Shown: one piece after another, positions 11,247 to 20,176 of the stretch
Position numbering within the stretch: position 1 is the first letter of the stretch
Layout: each line of letters starts with the position of its first letter
Assembly (NCBI RefSeq): GCF_003334765.1
Contig: NZ_QOWT01000002.1
Reading direction: 5' to 3' (one strand)
Length of the DNA stretch: 64,000 bases
DNA from: Escherichia coli
GTDB lineage: Bacteria; Pseudomonadota; Gammaproteobacteria; Enterobacterales; Enterobacteriaceae
The notes under the pieces: model-generated
What the model saw: the letters and a program-made list of their open reading frames with translations, nothing else
What the model was told of the DNA's origin: nothing
The model's database searches: none
Position numbers and translations under genes: made by a program

Positions 11247-11408
11247 TTACGCACCAATGCGCCCTTCCTTCTTAAAGCTTTCCATTACTCGCTGATAAAT
11301 CTCAGAATTAACAGACCGACCATTTTCTTCCGCCACCTTGCGTACCAAATCCAATACTTCTTTAGGCCACCGCAAATTGAACTGTGGCATTTTGCTCATT
11401 CCTTTCAT
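11247..11408 (-). CDS. arc: Arc repressor (ribbon-helix-helix)
   Basis: MKGMSKMPQFNLRWPKEVLDLVRKVAEENGRSVNSEIYQRVMESFKKEGRIGA, near-identical to P22 Arc; longer ORF 11247..11471 is an upstream in-frame extension. Confidence 0.9.
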   Translation of the reverse strand: MKGMSKMPQFNLRWPKEVLDLVRKVAEENGRSVNSEIYQRVMESFKKEGRIGA

Positions 11409-11422
11409 GTTCACCTCACAAT

Positions 11423-11443
11423 ATAGGTCCACGGTGGACCTAT
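11423..11443. promoter_or_regulatory. Mnt operator (ATAGGTCCACGGTGGACCTAT)
   Basis: Perfect palindrome matching recalled P22 Omnt. Confidence 0.75.
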
Positions 11444-11450
11444 TGAGAAT

Positions 11451-11471
11451 ATAGTAGAGTGCTTCTATCAT
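11451..11471. promoter_or_regulatory. Arc operator (ATAGTAGAGTGCTTCTATCAT)
   Basis: Matches recalled P22 arc operator within the ant promoter. Confidence 0.7.
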
Positions 11472-11498
11472 GTCAATACACTAACTTGGAGTGATGGC

Positions 11499-11753
11499 AT
11501 GGCTAGAGATGATCCGCACTTTAACTTCCGTATGCCTTTGGAAGTAAGAGAAAAATTGAAATTAAGAGCCGAGGCTAACGGAAGGTCAATGAACTCTGAG
11601 TTATTACAAATCGTTCAGGATGCACTATCAAAACCATCACCGATTACAGGATATCGCGACGAAGCTGAACGCTTGGCTGATCAGCAGGCTGAGCAGTTCA
11701 AGGCTATAGTGTTTGAGACACTTAAAAAGATTTATGAAAAGGATTTGAAATGA
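11499..11753 (+). CDS. mnt: Mnt repressor (ribbon-helix-helix)
   Basis: MARDDPHFNFRMP.EVREKLK.RAEANGRSMNSELLQIVQDALSKPSP matches P22 Mnt. Confidence 0.9.
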   Translation: MARDDPHFNFRMPLEVREKLKLRAEANGRSMNSELLQIVQDALSKPSPITGYRDEAERLADQQAEQFKAIVFETLKKIYEKDLK

Positions 11754-12085
11754 GATTTCTATCACTGTTCTTGTTAGCAGTTGTCTCTTCTTCCAGTGCT
11801 GAGCTGCGCGAGCTTCAAACGGGTAATGACCTTCTTTACAACATTCAACAAGGTAAAAAGGGTGATGATTTTTCATCGCTTTACATTACTGGATATTTGC
11901 GCGGAGTAACTGACTCATTGATACTAATTGGTTCTCTATGTCCTCCTGATGGCGTTGACATGTATCAATACACCGATATCGTTGAGAAATATCTAAACAA
12001 AAACCCAGAATCAAGAAATGAGAGTGCAGTTATACTAACCGCCCTAGCAGTAGGAAAAACATTTCCGTGCAAAAAGAATCAATAA
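11750..12085 (+). CDS. Small secreted protein (signal peptide, two Cys), unknown function; cargo gene at P22 sieA position
   Basis: MRFLSLFLLAVVSSSSA signal peptide; start overlaps mnt stop (ATGA). Confidence 0.6.
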   Translation: MRFLSLFLLAVVSSSSAELRELQTGNDLLYNIQQGKKGDDFSSLYITGYLRGVTDSLILIGSLCPPDGVDMYQYTDIVEKYLNKNPESRNESAVILTALAVGKTFPCKKNQ

Positions 12086-12100
12086 CAATAAGGGCTTAAA

Positions 12101-12490
12101 ATGAAATTGATTATAGCAATGGCTTTCCTTGTCTTCTCGTTTTCTGTCTCAGCAGAGTGCTGGGTCGTTGGAGATATGCACGGAATAAGCTATTCAGAAC
12201 GAAATAATTTTCAACCGGAAGAAGATGGTTTTAGTGGAACATTCATCATTAAGACAAACGGTGAAGATGCCAGTATCACATATTCTGGGACGGATGCGGG
12301 CGGCATGGCTTACAAAGCATTGTCTAAAAACTCCATCATTGGAATCGGCGCGAATGGCGAAACTCAACGAGTTATCGACTCATGGGTAATACATCCTAAT
12401 GGAACAGTTTTAATGTCGAAAACCATTTCTGGTTATGGGAATATGGATTCAACCAAAGCTTTTGTTGGAAAAGTAAAAAGAAAATGTTAA
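12101..12490 (+). CDS. Small secreted beta-rich protein, unknown function
   Basis: MKLIIAMAFLVFSFSVSA signal peptide; 15 bp after the previous ORF. Confidence 0.6.
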   Translation: MKLIIAMAFLVFSFSVSAECWVVGDMHGISYSERNNFQPEEDGFSGTFIIKTNGEDASITYSGTDAGGMAYKALSKNSIIGIGANGETQRVIDSWVIHPNGTVLMSKTISGYGNMDSTKAFVGKVKRKC

Positions 12491-12514
12491 CGATTGAATC
12501 CAATTCCCCATACG

Positions 12515-14356
12515 TTACTGCTGTGTTGCCTCAGTAGCAAGCAGCGGCCTGATGGCATTTGCAGCGTTACTCAACGCTCTTTCATAGGCTGGCGTTCCAG
12601 CTTTAGTGTTTGCCAGACGTAAGAGAGCATTCCTTGCTGCTTTGGACTCATACAAACGCATCATTGCACCAAAGCCAGCCTCAAGCCCCATTGATACACC
12701 AAGAGTCGCAGTTGCGCCAATCGTCCTTATCCTGTTGGCTTGTGATTGCCCCGTCTGAGTTACTACATTTGCGGTGTCTGACCTTGCTGTTTGCTGTAGA
12801 ACTTCATGAAGAGCATCAAGCTCTTTCATGTGCTTTCCAGAAAAAATAGTGTTGTAAATTTCACCGCCTGACTGAGATTTCAGCTTATTAACTTCAGTGA
12901 TGAACTTGGCTGGAGAGTCACCGGCCTTTTCCGCTATTTTGCTGACGTAAGCTGCACGCATAGCATCTTTCCCTTTATCATCCAGGGCGCTCCATATTCG
13001 TTTCACGTCAGATGGTTTTCTGCTTAATACAACGGTATTTATAAGTTCAGGACTGGCTTCACTGCTTGCCTTGTTGAGCTTGTTAGCAATGTTTTTATTA
13101 AGCACCTTATTATAAACGTTTGCATAATCAGAATTTGCTTTAAGGTATTTTGCTGCGTCTGATGCACCGAGGTTTTTAGCAACTGCGTTACGAAGGTCTT
13201 TTGACATTGCATTCTCTACCATATTGGTAGCTGCTTTTGCCTGGTTGGGGAAGACCATAGCATCTCCCTGAACATTAGATCTAAATGCTGTTCTGTGCTG
13301 ACGCAAGAGATCAAACGTAACATCCAAATCAGTTGCAGGGTTTGCTAATTCTTCACGTAGGTTACGCAAGGATGTAAGCAGGCTTTGATTGGCAGACGTC
13401 CCAAGCCGTTCCTGTCTTGCGATCGCTGTATTCAGAGCATTCATGGTATTTGTGGTATCAACTGCGGCATTACCCATTTTATTGGTGACGTCATTGATAA
13501 CAGCGCCAGCGGCATCCTTCCGCCCCCTTAACGTGGTGGTAAGAGATTTCACCACATCATCAGGGTTGTACTCACCAAAACGGTCAAAATAATTACTTAC
13601 CAGCTTACTACGCGTTGCATATTGCTCCGCTCGCTTTGAGCCTGTCCCGAGCAAAGCCCCCTCGGCATCCTGAGTTAGGCCGCGAGTGAAAGCATTTTTC
13701 GGCGGGATAACATCAGATGTCATTGGTGTCACGCCCATCGATTCTGATGTGGCAATTTTCTTCGCCACTTCTGGCGCAATATCACCTTTTATAGCCGTTA
13801 TTCCACGCCCTATTCCCTTTGCTGCTGCGGAAAGAACACCCTGAGTGGCAAGGTTAACTCCGGCATTTTTAGCTGCATTTTGTGCGAAATCGCCTTTCTG
13901 ATTTGCGGCCTCTGCCAGTGATCCAATAGCCATGCTTCCTGCCGTTCCAACTCCTGGAACTAAATACCCACCAATTGTTTCACCGGCTTGCGCGTAGGGG
14001 TCTGTCGGTCTGTCTACTGGACGATAAACATCATCCAAAACCTTGGGTCCACCAAGCCCCTGACTGATTGCATTAATCAGACTTGCGCCGCCCTGCAATA
14101 CGTCAAATGGTATGTTTACCAGACCACGACCAGCCTGTTCTGCAATTTGCCCTGCACTTTGACCACCAGTGAGCCAATCGCCAGCTTGTTGCATCAATGA
14201 TGGTTCTTCCCGTGTTGGTGCATTATTGGCCTGATTAACTGTTTGTTGCTGAACAGCCTGACCAGCAAAATACTCATCAATGGCGGTGCCAATATCTTCG
14301 GTGCTCGTACCATCAGGAAAGGTAAATGTCTTACCGTTTGCAGTTACTTTCATCAT
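12515..14356 (-). CDS. Ejection (DNA transfer) protein, P22 gp16-like
   Basis: 613 aa, Ala/Gly/Asn/Thr-rich; position and length correspond to P22 gene 16 (synteny-based). Confidence 0.5.
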   Translation of the reverse strand: MMKVTANGKTFTFPDGTSTEDIGTAIDEYFAGQAVQQQTVNQANNAPTREEPSLMQQAGDWLTGGQSAGQIAEQAGRGLVNIPFDVLQGGASLINAISQGLGGPKVLDDVYRPVDRPTDPYAQAGETIGGYLVPGVGTAGSMAIGSLAEAANQKGDFAQNAAKNAGVNLATQGVLSAAAKGIGRGITAIKGDIAPEVAKKIATSESMGVTPMTSDVIPPKNAFTRGLTQDAEGALLGTGSKRAEQYATRSKLVSNYFDRFGEYNPDDVVKSLTTTLRGRKDAAGAVINDVTNKMGNAAVDTTNTMNALNTAIARQERLGTSANQSLLTSLRNLREELANPATDLDVTFDLLRQHRTAFRSNVQGDAMVFPNQAKAATNMVENAMSKDLRNAVAKNLGASDAAKYLKANSDYANVYNKVLNKNIANKLNKASSEASPELINTVVLSRKPSDVKRIWSALDDKGKDAMRAAYVSKIAEKAGDSPAKFITEVNKLKSQSGGEIYNTIFSGKHMKELDALHEVLQQTARSDTANVVTQTGQSQANRIRTIGATATLGVSMGLEAGFGAMMRLYESKAARNALLRLANTKAGTPAYERALSNAANAIRPLLATEATQQ

Positions 14357-14622
14357 TCCACCGTAAATTGAATGCCTGATTTTGAGGTATATGATCCAAC
14401 CTGATTCCGTGGTTCTCCTGAAGGTGTCGAATCTTGTGCTGGCGCTGCGTCAGTATTCATTGACATATACCGCTTAACGGCACTCCCCAATGATTCACCT
14501 TTTTTAACATCCAACCCCAATATCTGACCGCCATTACGCGATTGTCCAGGGTTGCCATTCGCGCTCATCCACTCGGCTTTAAACTCATTAAACTGCGCGT
14601 TTCGTCGCTCAAGGTTTGCCAT
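14353..14622 (-). pseudogene. Possible C-terminal fragment of the gp20-like ejection protein gene, out of frame with 14565..15482
   Basis: 89 aa ORF overlapping the upstream ORF by 58 nt in another frame; no SD before its ATG. Confidence 0.35.
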
Positions 14623-15482
14623 TGCATCAAGCCATCTTGCGACCGTCTCAGGGTTTCCATGTTTACTGACAGCTTAGGTGCTTCGCTAATCAACTGCTGA
14701 GCCTTTTCCTGCGCTTGCTGCATCTTAAACCCGAACTCTTGCTGATCCAGAGCCAAGCGTTGTGCTGCGATATTGTGCCCAGTCATTGCTGACTGATAGG
14801 AAAGGTTTTGCCCTCTCGCCTGAAGTGCTTCACCAGCCTGATTGCTGCGGATTGTCTCTGCCAGCCTGCCTCGGTCAATCTCACGACCAGCCATCTTGTC
14901 CTGAACAGCAAACGCCTTTTCTGGTCCAAGCGCACCGAGAGACATAGTAGTCAGCATGTGTGATAGCTGCTCTGGATTCTGGATACCTGTCTGAATCATC
15001 CAGTCAGCATTAGCACCAACGCGATTTAACCTGTCCTTGTTGTCAGTAATGAATTTACTGTAGGCTTCCGGTCCCTGAGAAAGAGCGACGTTAGCCCTCA
15101 TGGCTAAATCGCCCATATCGTTGCGTTGCTGATCATTAAGACCGGAAAACGCCTGTTGTGCCTGTGCAACAAACGCTGGATTTTCCTGGGCAAACTTAAA
15201 TAGTCCCGATGGATCACCAGAAGCCCATGCATCAGCGTGAACCTTATTGAACGCACTAATAGCTTTCTGTTGCTGTTCCTGATTGTAAATATCAGCAACT
15301 CCAGCCAGACCACGTAACGCGGTCAGGCCAACGTTATTTGCACCTGAGCGAGCCAGTTCATTGTTTTCGCGGATCAGACCAAGCGTTGCGTTAATGTCGC
15401 TTGCCTTTGGCGCATTCTCATTTTGCGTACCGATGCCAGCCAGAAAACCACCAGAATTAATACCCTGTTGCCACGTAGCCAT
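14565..15482 (-). CDS. Ejection protein, P22 gp20-like (possibly frameshifted near 14600)
   Basis: 305 aa Q/A/N-rich; between gp7-like and gp16-like genes. Confidence 0.45.
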   Translation of the reverse strand: MATWQQGINSGGFLAGIGTQNENAPKASDINATLGLIRENNELARSGANNVGLTALRGLAGVADIYNQEQQQKAISAFNKVHADAWASGDPSGLFKFAQENPAFVAQAQQAFSGLNDQQRNDMGDLAMRANVALSQGPEAYSKFITDNKDRLNRVGANADWMIQTGIQNPEQLSHMLTTMSLGALGPEKAFAVQDKMAGREIDRGRLAETIRSNQAGEALQARGQNLSYQSAMTGHNIAAQRLALDQQEFGFKMQQAQEKAQQLISEAPKLSVNMETLRRSQDGLMQWQTLSDETRSLMSLKPSG

Positions 15483-15492
15483 TGATTACCCC

Positions 15493-16188
15493 TTAATAAA
15501 GCAGTGAACCAAGCAGACCGATACCAGCACCGATACCAGCACCCCACGGAGTTGATGAACCAATTAATTTCGCAAGTCCAGCCCCAGCAATAGCACCAGA
15601 CGCACCTCCGCCAATAGCAGATTGCATTGCTGATGGTCTGTTGGCATTTGCCGCTGCAAGAGCCGCACTTTGCTGCGAAATCTGACTCATGTTGTTGGCA
15701 TATGTCTGCCCGGCGTTTGCCTGACCTTGCAGTGCGCCAAGACCAATATTTGCCAGATTCTGGTAGTTGTTCATCTGACCAGATAGCCATTGCTGACCAA
15801 GCGTTGGTGCGATTGTTGCTAACTGATTACCGGTTGCAGTGGAACCCAATCCACCTGTTGCTTCCGCTGCCGCCAGACTCTGATAGCGAGCCTGACCAGC
15901 AAGATCTTTGTACTGCTGAGAGTTGTAATACTGGTTAAGTGCCTGACCTTGCCCTTCCAGAGACGATAAGTTCTCGAGGCTGCCGACATACTTATCAGCC
16001 AGAGGAGTAAACGGCTTCAGGTTGTTCATGATGGTGTTGAACTGCTGATTTTGCAGGTCTGCGGCATACTTCTGAGCTTCTGCTGCATACTTTGCGCTTT
16101 TATCAGAACTGCCACCTTTCCCGCCTTTTTCAGGGCAATAAGGTTCCTCGCCGCGCAGTTTTCTGCCCAGCTTAAATGCATATAACAT
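15493..16188 (-). CDS. Ejection protein, P22 gp7-like (C-terminal 231 codons of the 460-aa ORF)
   Basis: From MLYAFKLGRKLRGEEP... the ORF is Q/N/G/A-rich with a Gly-rich hydrophobic C-terminus; length matches P22 gp7 (about 229 aa). Confidence 0.45.
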   Translation of the reverse strand: MLYAFKLGRKLRGEEPYCPEKGGKGGSSDKSAKYAAEAQKYAADLQNQQFNTIMNNLKPFTPLADKYVGSLENLSSLEGQGQALNQYYNSQQYKDLAGQARYQSLAAAEATGGLGSTATGNQLATIAPTLGQQWLSGQMNNYQNLANIGLGALQGQANAGQTYANNMSQISQQSAALAAANANRPSAMQSAIGGGASGAIAGAGLAKLIGSSTPWGAGIGAGIGLLGSLLY

Positions 16189-16875
16189 GGCTAACGCCGA
16201 GATGCCGTATTGCGCATAGCTCATACAATCAATTTCGCCTTCGCAAAGTACAACCGCCCTCACGCCAGCGTCCAGAGCCTGCCATCCGAACAGACAAGGT
16301 TCGCAATCACCTTCTGCCATAATGACTTTCTTCCCGTCCGGGCGCTCAGTGCTGATTCGCTTGACCTGCAACAACTCACCATCGCGTTTGTACGGAATCA
16401 CCAGAGCATCCAGTTCTCGCTCTCCATTCCACACCTTGCCGCTGACAACCTCGTAGCGCTTTACGATTTCTGGCGATATGCCACGCGATTGCAGGTACTC
16501 AAGATGGGATTCTGTTCTGGTAACGTAGCGGGCGATTTTCTTGCGATCAGGTCTGGAGAATTTCTTCTCACGTCTGGCATCGAAATGGTGATCGTCATCC
16601 TTGATACCGAGAAATGCTTTCGCTTCCTGCATAGCCTGATGCAGGTTAATTCCACGACATGCCATCCACAAATCAAGCATGTCACCGCCGTCTCCCTCAG
16701 CGAAATCAGCCCATTTTTTCTTGCCGCTAAGGTTGACCTTAAGGCTGTTTCCCTTGTCACCGTTGACGTTACCGGCAACCCACTCATGCCCCTCTTTCTT
16801 GCCGTTTGGCAACAGGTGCGGAGCCACCCTGTCAACCTGCGCCCAAAGCAGGTCGCTAAGTTCACTTGGCGTCAT
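16189..16875 (-). pseudogene. Truncated toprim-domain DNA primase (N-terminal 229 codons) fused in frame to the gp7-like gene
   Basis: Degenerate zinc-finger-like WADFAEGDGGDMLDLWM then toprim motif VVLCEGEIDCMS; no downstream DxD motif; directly follows O-like gene. Confidence 0.5.
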
Positions 16876-16982
16876 GATTCCCTCAGATTGAGATTTTTAA
16901 ACCAGAAATCGACAAACGAAATACTTAACCAGCCGTGGTTATAACCAGCGACCAGTAGCGATTTGATTTTTGATTTCATGGT

Positions 16983-17843
16983 TCACCTGTCGAAAAACAC
17001 GTAGCCAGTTTTCGATACGGTGATTGCGGATGATGGTTTGGATTGTGGTTGAATGGTTTCTGGCTTTTCGTCGTTCCAGCGCTGACCGTTCAGGTAGCTC
17101 GATGGTAACAACCTGTCGAATCCGAACTGCTTACCATTCCTGCATGCGATGTCTTCTGCCAGCATCGTGGCAAACTCGCTTGCCGTACCCCTGGTAGTTT
17201 TACGCCATTCCCTGAACTGTGTTCTGAATGCCGAAGCTGCGTTTTTCTTCCCGGCTTTCCGCATGCCTGCACACCAGAATATTTCCTCGAATGCCTTGTC
17301 GGTTTCTTCGTGACGGTCAGGTGATTTTTCACACTCCGTCCGAACACTTTCGGACATAGTGTTTTTATTATTTCTTTTTTCTTTTGTAATAGTTTCTTTT
17401 GTGTGTCCCTGTTTTGGTGACAGCGCTGTCACCGTTTTGGTGACACTTTTTGTCACCAATGCGGTGACATTATCACCAGAGTAGTGACACCCTTCGATTT
17501 GCCATTCCTCGATGTTCTTGTTAGGCCCGATTTGCTGGCCTTCGCGAAGGATAACCTTCATCGCGATAAGCTCATTCTTGGCCTTGTTTACCTTCTGTCT
17601 TGGCAGCCTGGTAATTTGAGCTAACTGACTATCAGAGATGCGATCCATCTTTTTACCGTAGCCGTATGTTTTACGGCATATGGCGTGGGCAACCTTGCTC
17701 TGATTTTTCGTTAAATCTGCGCCGATAAGCTCTTCATACAGGGCATTTGCAAGACGGGTATAACCATCTTCAACTTCTGCCACACGACGCTCCACAGGCC
17801 GTTGTGAAGGCCTTAAATGTGTTACGGTTGCAAGATTACTCAT
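16983..17843 (-). CDS. Replication initiator, lambda O-like (P22 gene 18-like)
   Basis: 286 aa; follows cII; iterons and AT-rich stretch lie inside the gene as in lambda ori. Confidence 0.65.
   Translation of the reverse strand: MSNLATVTHLRPSQRPVERRVAEVEDGYTRLANALYEELIGADLTKNQSKVAHAICRKTYGYGKKMDRISDSQLAQITRLPRQKVNKAKNELIAMKVILREGQQIGPNKNIEEWQIEGCHYSGDNVTALVTKSVTKTVTALSPKQGHTKETITKEKRNNKNTMSESVRTECEKSPDRHEETDKAFEEIFWCAGMRKAGKKNAASAFRTQFREWRKTTRGTASEFATMLAEDIACRNGKQFGFDRLLPSSYLNGQRWNDEKPETIQPQSKPSSAITVSKTGYVFFDR
17359..17490. other. Phage replication origin: GGTGACA/TGTCACC iterons plus adjacent AT-rich region inside the O-like gene
   Basis: TTTTGGTGACAGCGCTGTCACCGTTTTGGTGACACTTTTTGTCACCAATGCGGTGACATTATCACC next to TTTTTATTATTTCTTTTTTCTTTTG. 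Confidence 0.6.
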
Positions 17844-18016
17844 GACCTTTCTCCTTCTGCATCAGCTTCACTTTTTCCAACTCAGCCCGGAATCGACCAG
17901 GCTGCTTGAAGCTGGACAGGAAGCGATCACGTAGTATGTGTTTGTGAATTTTGTCCTGGTAAGGACTGAGTTGTTTTGTCATAATGACTCCTGTGGATTG
18001 ATCCAGTCTTTCTACA

Positions 18017-18295
18017 TCAGGCCTCGAAGAATTCGCCGTTCTTCGGGGCTTTTTCTTTTGTCAGCATTCTGGCTACTTGCTTAGCCAGTTCCGCCAACTC
18101 CTCGTCTTCAACACCCCATTCAAGAACAGCAAGAAGCATTCCCATTTTGGGGATGAAGCTGTCTTTCCATCGCGAAATTTGCGATTCATTAATCCCTAAC
18201 GCGTCGGCAACCTTTCGCTGACCACGTACAGCAATTCGATTCAGGATGTTGCTTGTAATTGCATTCGCTTTCTTGCGAGTACTTGTAAGTTGCAT
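18017..18295 (-). CDS. CII-like transcriptional activator
   Basis: ...[46 protein letters not shown] resembles lambda CII ...[25 protein letters not shown]. Confidence 0.8.
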   Translation of the reverse strand: MQLTSTRKKANAITSNILNRIAVRGQRKVADALGINESQISRWKDSFIPKMGMLLAVLEWGVEDEELAELAKQVARMLTKEKAPKNGEFFEA

Positions 18296-18353
18296 ATGTA
18301 AGTATTTCCTTAACTAATAAGAAGTTATGCGCATCAACTTATGCGCGTTGTAT

Positions 18354-18397
18354 TCCCGCATTTCGGCGGGAATGAGGACCATGACTGTTAAAGAGCG
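18354..18397 (-). promoter_or_regulatory. nutR: boxA CGCTCTTTAACA (18386..18397) and boxB hairpin TCCCGC-CGAAAT-GCGGGA (18354..18371)
   Basis: Read on minus strand just downstream of cro; boxB identical to the nutL copy. Confidence 0.6.
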
Positions 18398-18403
18398 GTG
18401 TTA

Positions 18404-18604
18404 CTATTTGTTTTTCTTGTTGCTTGGGAAAGGACGAACTTCCTCTCCAATCACACTGCCATCAGGCTTTACCGTAACCATAATGTTACGGCCTGCCAGA
18501 ATGGCCTTGCTGATAGCGCACTGGATTACACCAAAGTCACTGGCTGCTTTAGCCTGTCCATGGATTTTGGCGTAATCGGCAAGTGTCATTCGAATCATAT
18601 GCAC
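18404..18604 (-). CDS. cro: Cro repressor
   Basis: ...[59 protein letters not shown] resembles lambda Cro. Confidence 0.85.
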   Translation of the reverse strand: MHMIRMTLADYAKIHGQAKAASDFGVIQCAISKAILAGRNIMVTVKPDGSVIGEEVRPFPSNKKNK

Positions 18605-18629
18605 TCTCCGTTATTAACCATGAACAAAG

Positions 18630-18693
18630 AATACTACAGGTATTCAAAGCAATCAATACTCAGGGTATTTTTAGTTTAAGTACCTTAGCTATT
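18630..18693. promoter_or_regulatory. OR operators: AATACTACAGGTATT (18630..18644), AATACTCAGGGTATT (18655..18669), variant AGTACCTTAGCTATT (18679..18693)
   Basis: 15-bp palindromes at about 24-25 bp spacing between divergent cro and cI. Confidence 0.6.
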
Positions 18694-18704
18694 AGAATTA
18701 AGCT

Positions 18705-19421
18705 ATGGAAAATAAAAAATCACTGACGACAGAACAGCTCGAAGACGCTAAGCGGCTTAAGGCTTTGTATGAGTCAAAAAAGAAAGAATTGGGAATAACC
18801 CAATACTCAATCGCTGATGAACTGGGTATCACCCAAGGAGCGGTAGGGCATTATCTTAATGGCAGAAACGCGCTAAACGTTGAGGTCGCATCTGGTTTTG
18901 CACGTTTGTTGCAAGTCTCAATTGCTGATTTTAGCCAGTCAATTGCTGCCAAGGTTGCAGAACAGGCAGAAAGCCTTAAGAGCGATGCCAACGTAAGGTA
19001 TGCAGGGGAATACAGAGCAGGAAAGAGGTATCCGGTGTTAAGCAGTATCCAGGCTGGCTCGTGGTGTGAAGCATGCGAACCATACACCATTAAAGACATA
19101 GATGTTTGGCTTGAGTCTGACGCGCATATTCAAGGTAATGCGTTCTGGCTTAAAGTGGAAGGTGATTCAATGACGGCACCGGTTGGGTTAAGCATTCCAG
19201 AGGGAACATTCGTTCTTTTCGATACCGGAAGGGAGGCGATCAACGGCAGCTTGGTCATAGCAAAACTTTCTGACTCTAACGAAGCAACATTCAAGAAGCT
19301 GATAATCGACGGCGGAAATAAATACCTCAAGGGACTTAACCCTGCATGGCCTCTCGTGCCAATCAATGGAAACTGCAAGATTATAGGCGTTGCAATTGAG
19401 ACAAAACTAAGGCTGGTTTGA
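18705..19421 (+). CDS. cI: CI repressor (HTH plus S24 LexA-like autopeptidase domain)
   Basis: 238 aa; N-terminal HTH (QYSIADELGITQGAVGHYLNG), C-terminal ...KVEGDSM...ATFKKL; no SD before ATG, consistent with a leaderless pRM transcript. Confidence 0.85.
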   Translation: MENKKSLTTEQLEDAKRLKALYESKKKELGITQYSIADELGITQGAVGHYLNGRNALNVEVASGFARLLQVSIADFSQSIAAKVAEQAESLKSDANVRYAGEYRAGKRYPVLSSIQAGSWCEACEPYTIKDIDVWLESDAHIQGNAFWLKVEGDSMTAPVGLSIPEGTFVLFDTGREAINGSLVIAKLSDSNEATFKKLIIDGGNKYLKGLNPAWPLVPINGNCKIIGVAIETKLRLV

Positions 19422-19440
19422 TCACGCAAGGGGGGCGCTT

Positions 19441-19809
19441 ATGGTTGGAACCGCTATAGCAAGCTTTTTGGGGATGTTGGCAATCTCAACAATTTACGGC
19501 TTAGCGCATGCTTTTATTGCGAAATCTCTATCAGAAAAAATAAGCCAGGCTTGGGCGCATAGATCAGCTCGTTTCATGATTCTAGTGGTCATAGCAATAC
19601 AAGGGATATCTGCATTTATCCTCTATGGATCAAGCTTATACCTGTTGTATCAAGGAGCGACATTTACGCCTTACACCAGTGATTACGGAACTCTATACGA
19701 TGGTAGTGAAGACATCTCTATGGCTTGGATCGTCTTTGGTTTATCTATGGCCGTGTCTGTTGTAGCAGACATCATTAAGGTAATTCTCGTCTTAACCTTC
19801 GCTGACTAA
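19441..19809 (+). CDS. Small 3-TM membrane protein co-transcribed with cI (rex-locus position); candidate exclusion/abortive-infection factor
   Basis: 122 aa, three hydrophobic helices, strong SD AAGGGGGG 19 bp after cI stop. Confidence 0.6.
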   Translation: MVGTAIASFLGMLAISTIYGLAHAFIAKSLSEKISQAWAHRSARFMILVVIAIQGISAFILYGSSLYLLYQGATFTPYTSDYGTLYDGSEDISMAWIVFGLSMAVSVVADIIKVILVLTFAD

Positions 19810-19895
19810 CCCATAATCCCGGCAGCAATAGCTATCGGGATCCACTTCACATATCCCGCATAAAAAGCACTGAACAAGCAGATACCGAAAAAATA

Positions 19896-19980
19896 AATAT
19901 CCTTTGTATTCATTTGTTTATCATTATTTCATCAAAAATAAATACCTTGGGTATTTACACAATAAAATACCTACAGTATT
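19896..19980. promoter_or_regulatory. OL operators: AATATCCTTTGTATT (19896..19910), AATACCTTGGGTATT (19941..19955), AATACCTACAGTATT (19966..19980); pL region
   Basis: Same AATAC-N5-GTATT palindrome family as OR, upstream of the N-like gene. Confidence 0.55.
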
Positions 19981-20028
19981 CTTTAGCCATCAGCAGGACG
20001 CTGGAAGCCAAACGGAACAGATTGGCAG

Positions 20029-20069
20029 GCTCTTTAACATTGATGGGATTGTCCCGCCGAAATGCGGGA
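20029..20069 (+). promoter_or_regulatory. nutL: boxA GCTCTTTAACA (20029..20039) and boxB hairpin TCCCGC-CGAAAT-GCGGGA (20052..20069)
   Basis: rrn/lambda-like boxA followed 12 nt later by 6-bp stem hairpin identical to nutR boxB. Confidence 0.6.
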
Positions 20070-20176
20070 ACCAAAGAGTAGTTGGCTTTGGGGTGACGTG
20101 AAGTGCAGCTGCACGACGGCAACCGGAAGATAAGCACCCGGCGCGTCACCGCCAAAGCCAATCATCGGAGGTCAAC

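Noticed and set aside
11247-11471. 74-aa extended arc ORF
   Set aside because: The Arc protein matches P22 Arc from the internal MKGMSK start; the upstream extension overlaps the arc/mnt operators.
17400-17490. Short direct repeats that might suggest a CRISPR array
   Set aside because: Repeats are 7-9 bp iterons inside a coding gene with irregular short spacers; no CRISPR architecture anywhere in the window.
17836-17982. 48-aa minus-strand ORF between cII-like and O-like genes
   Set aside because: Possible small early gene but no motif or SD; too uncertain to call.
19955-20161. 68-aa minus-strand ORF across the pL/nutL region
   Set aside because: Covers operator and nut sites and runs antisense to early-left transcription; no RBS; more parsimonious as regulatory DNA.
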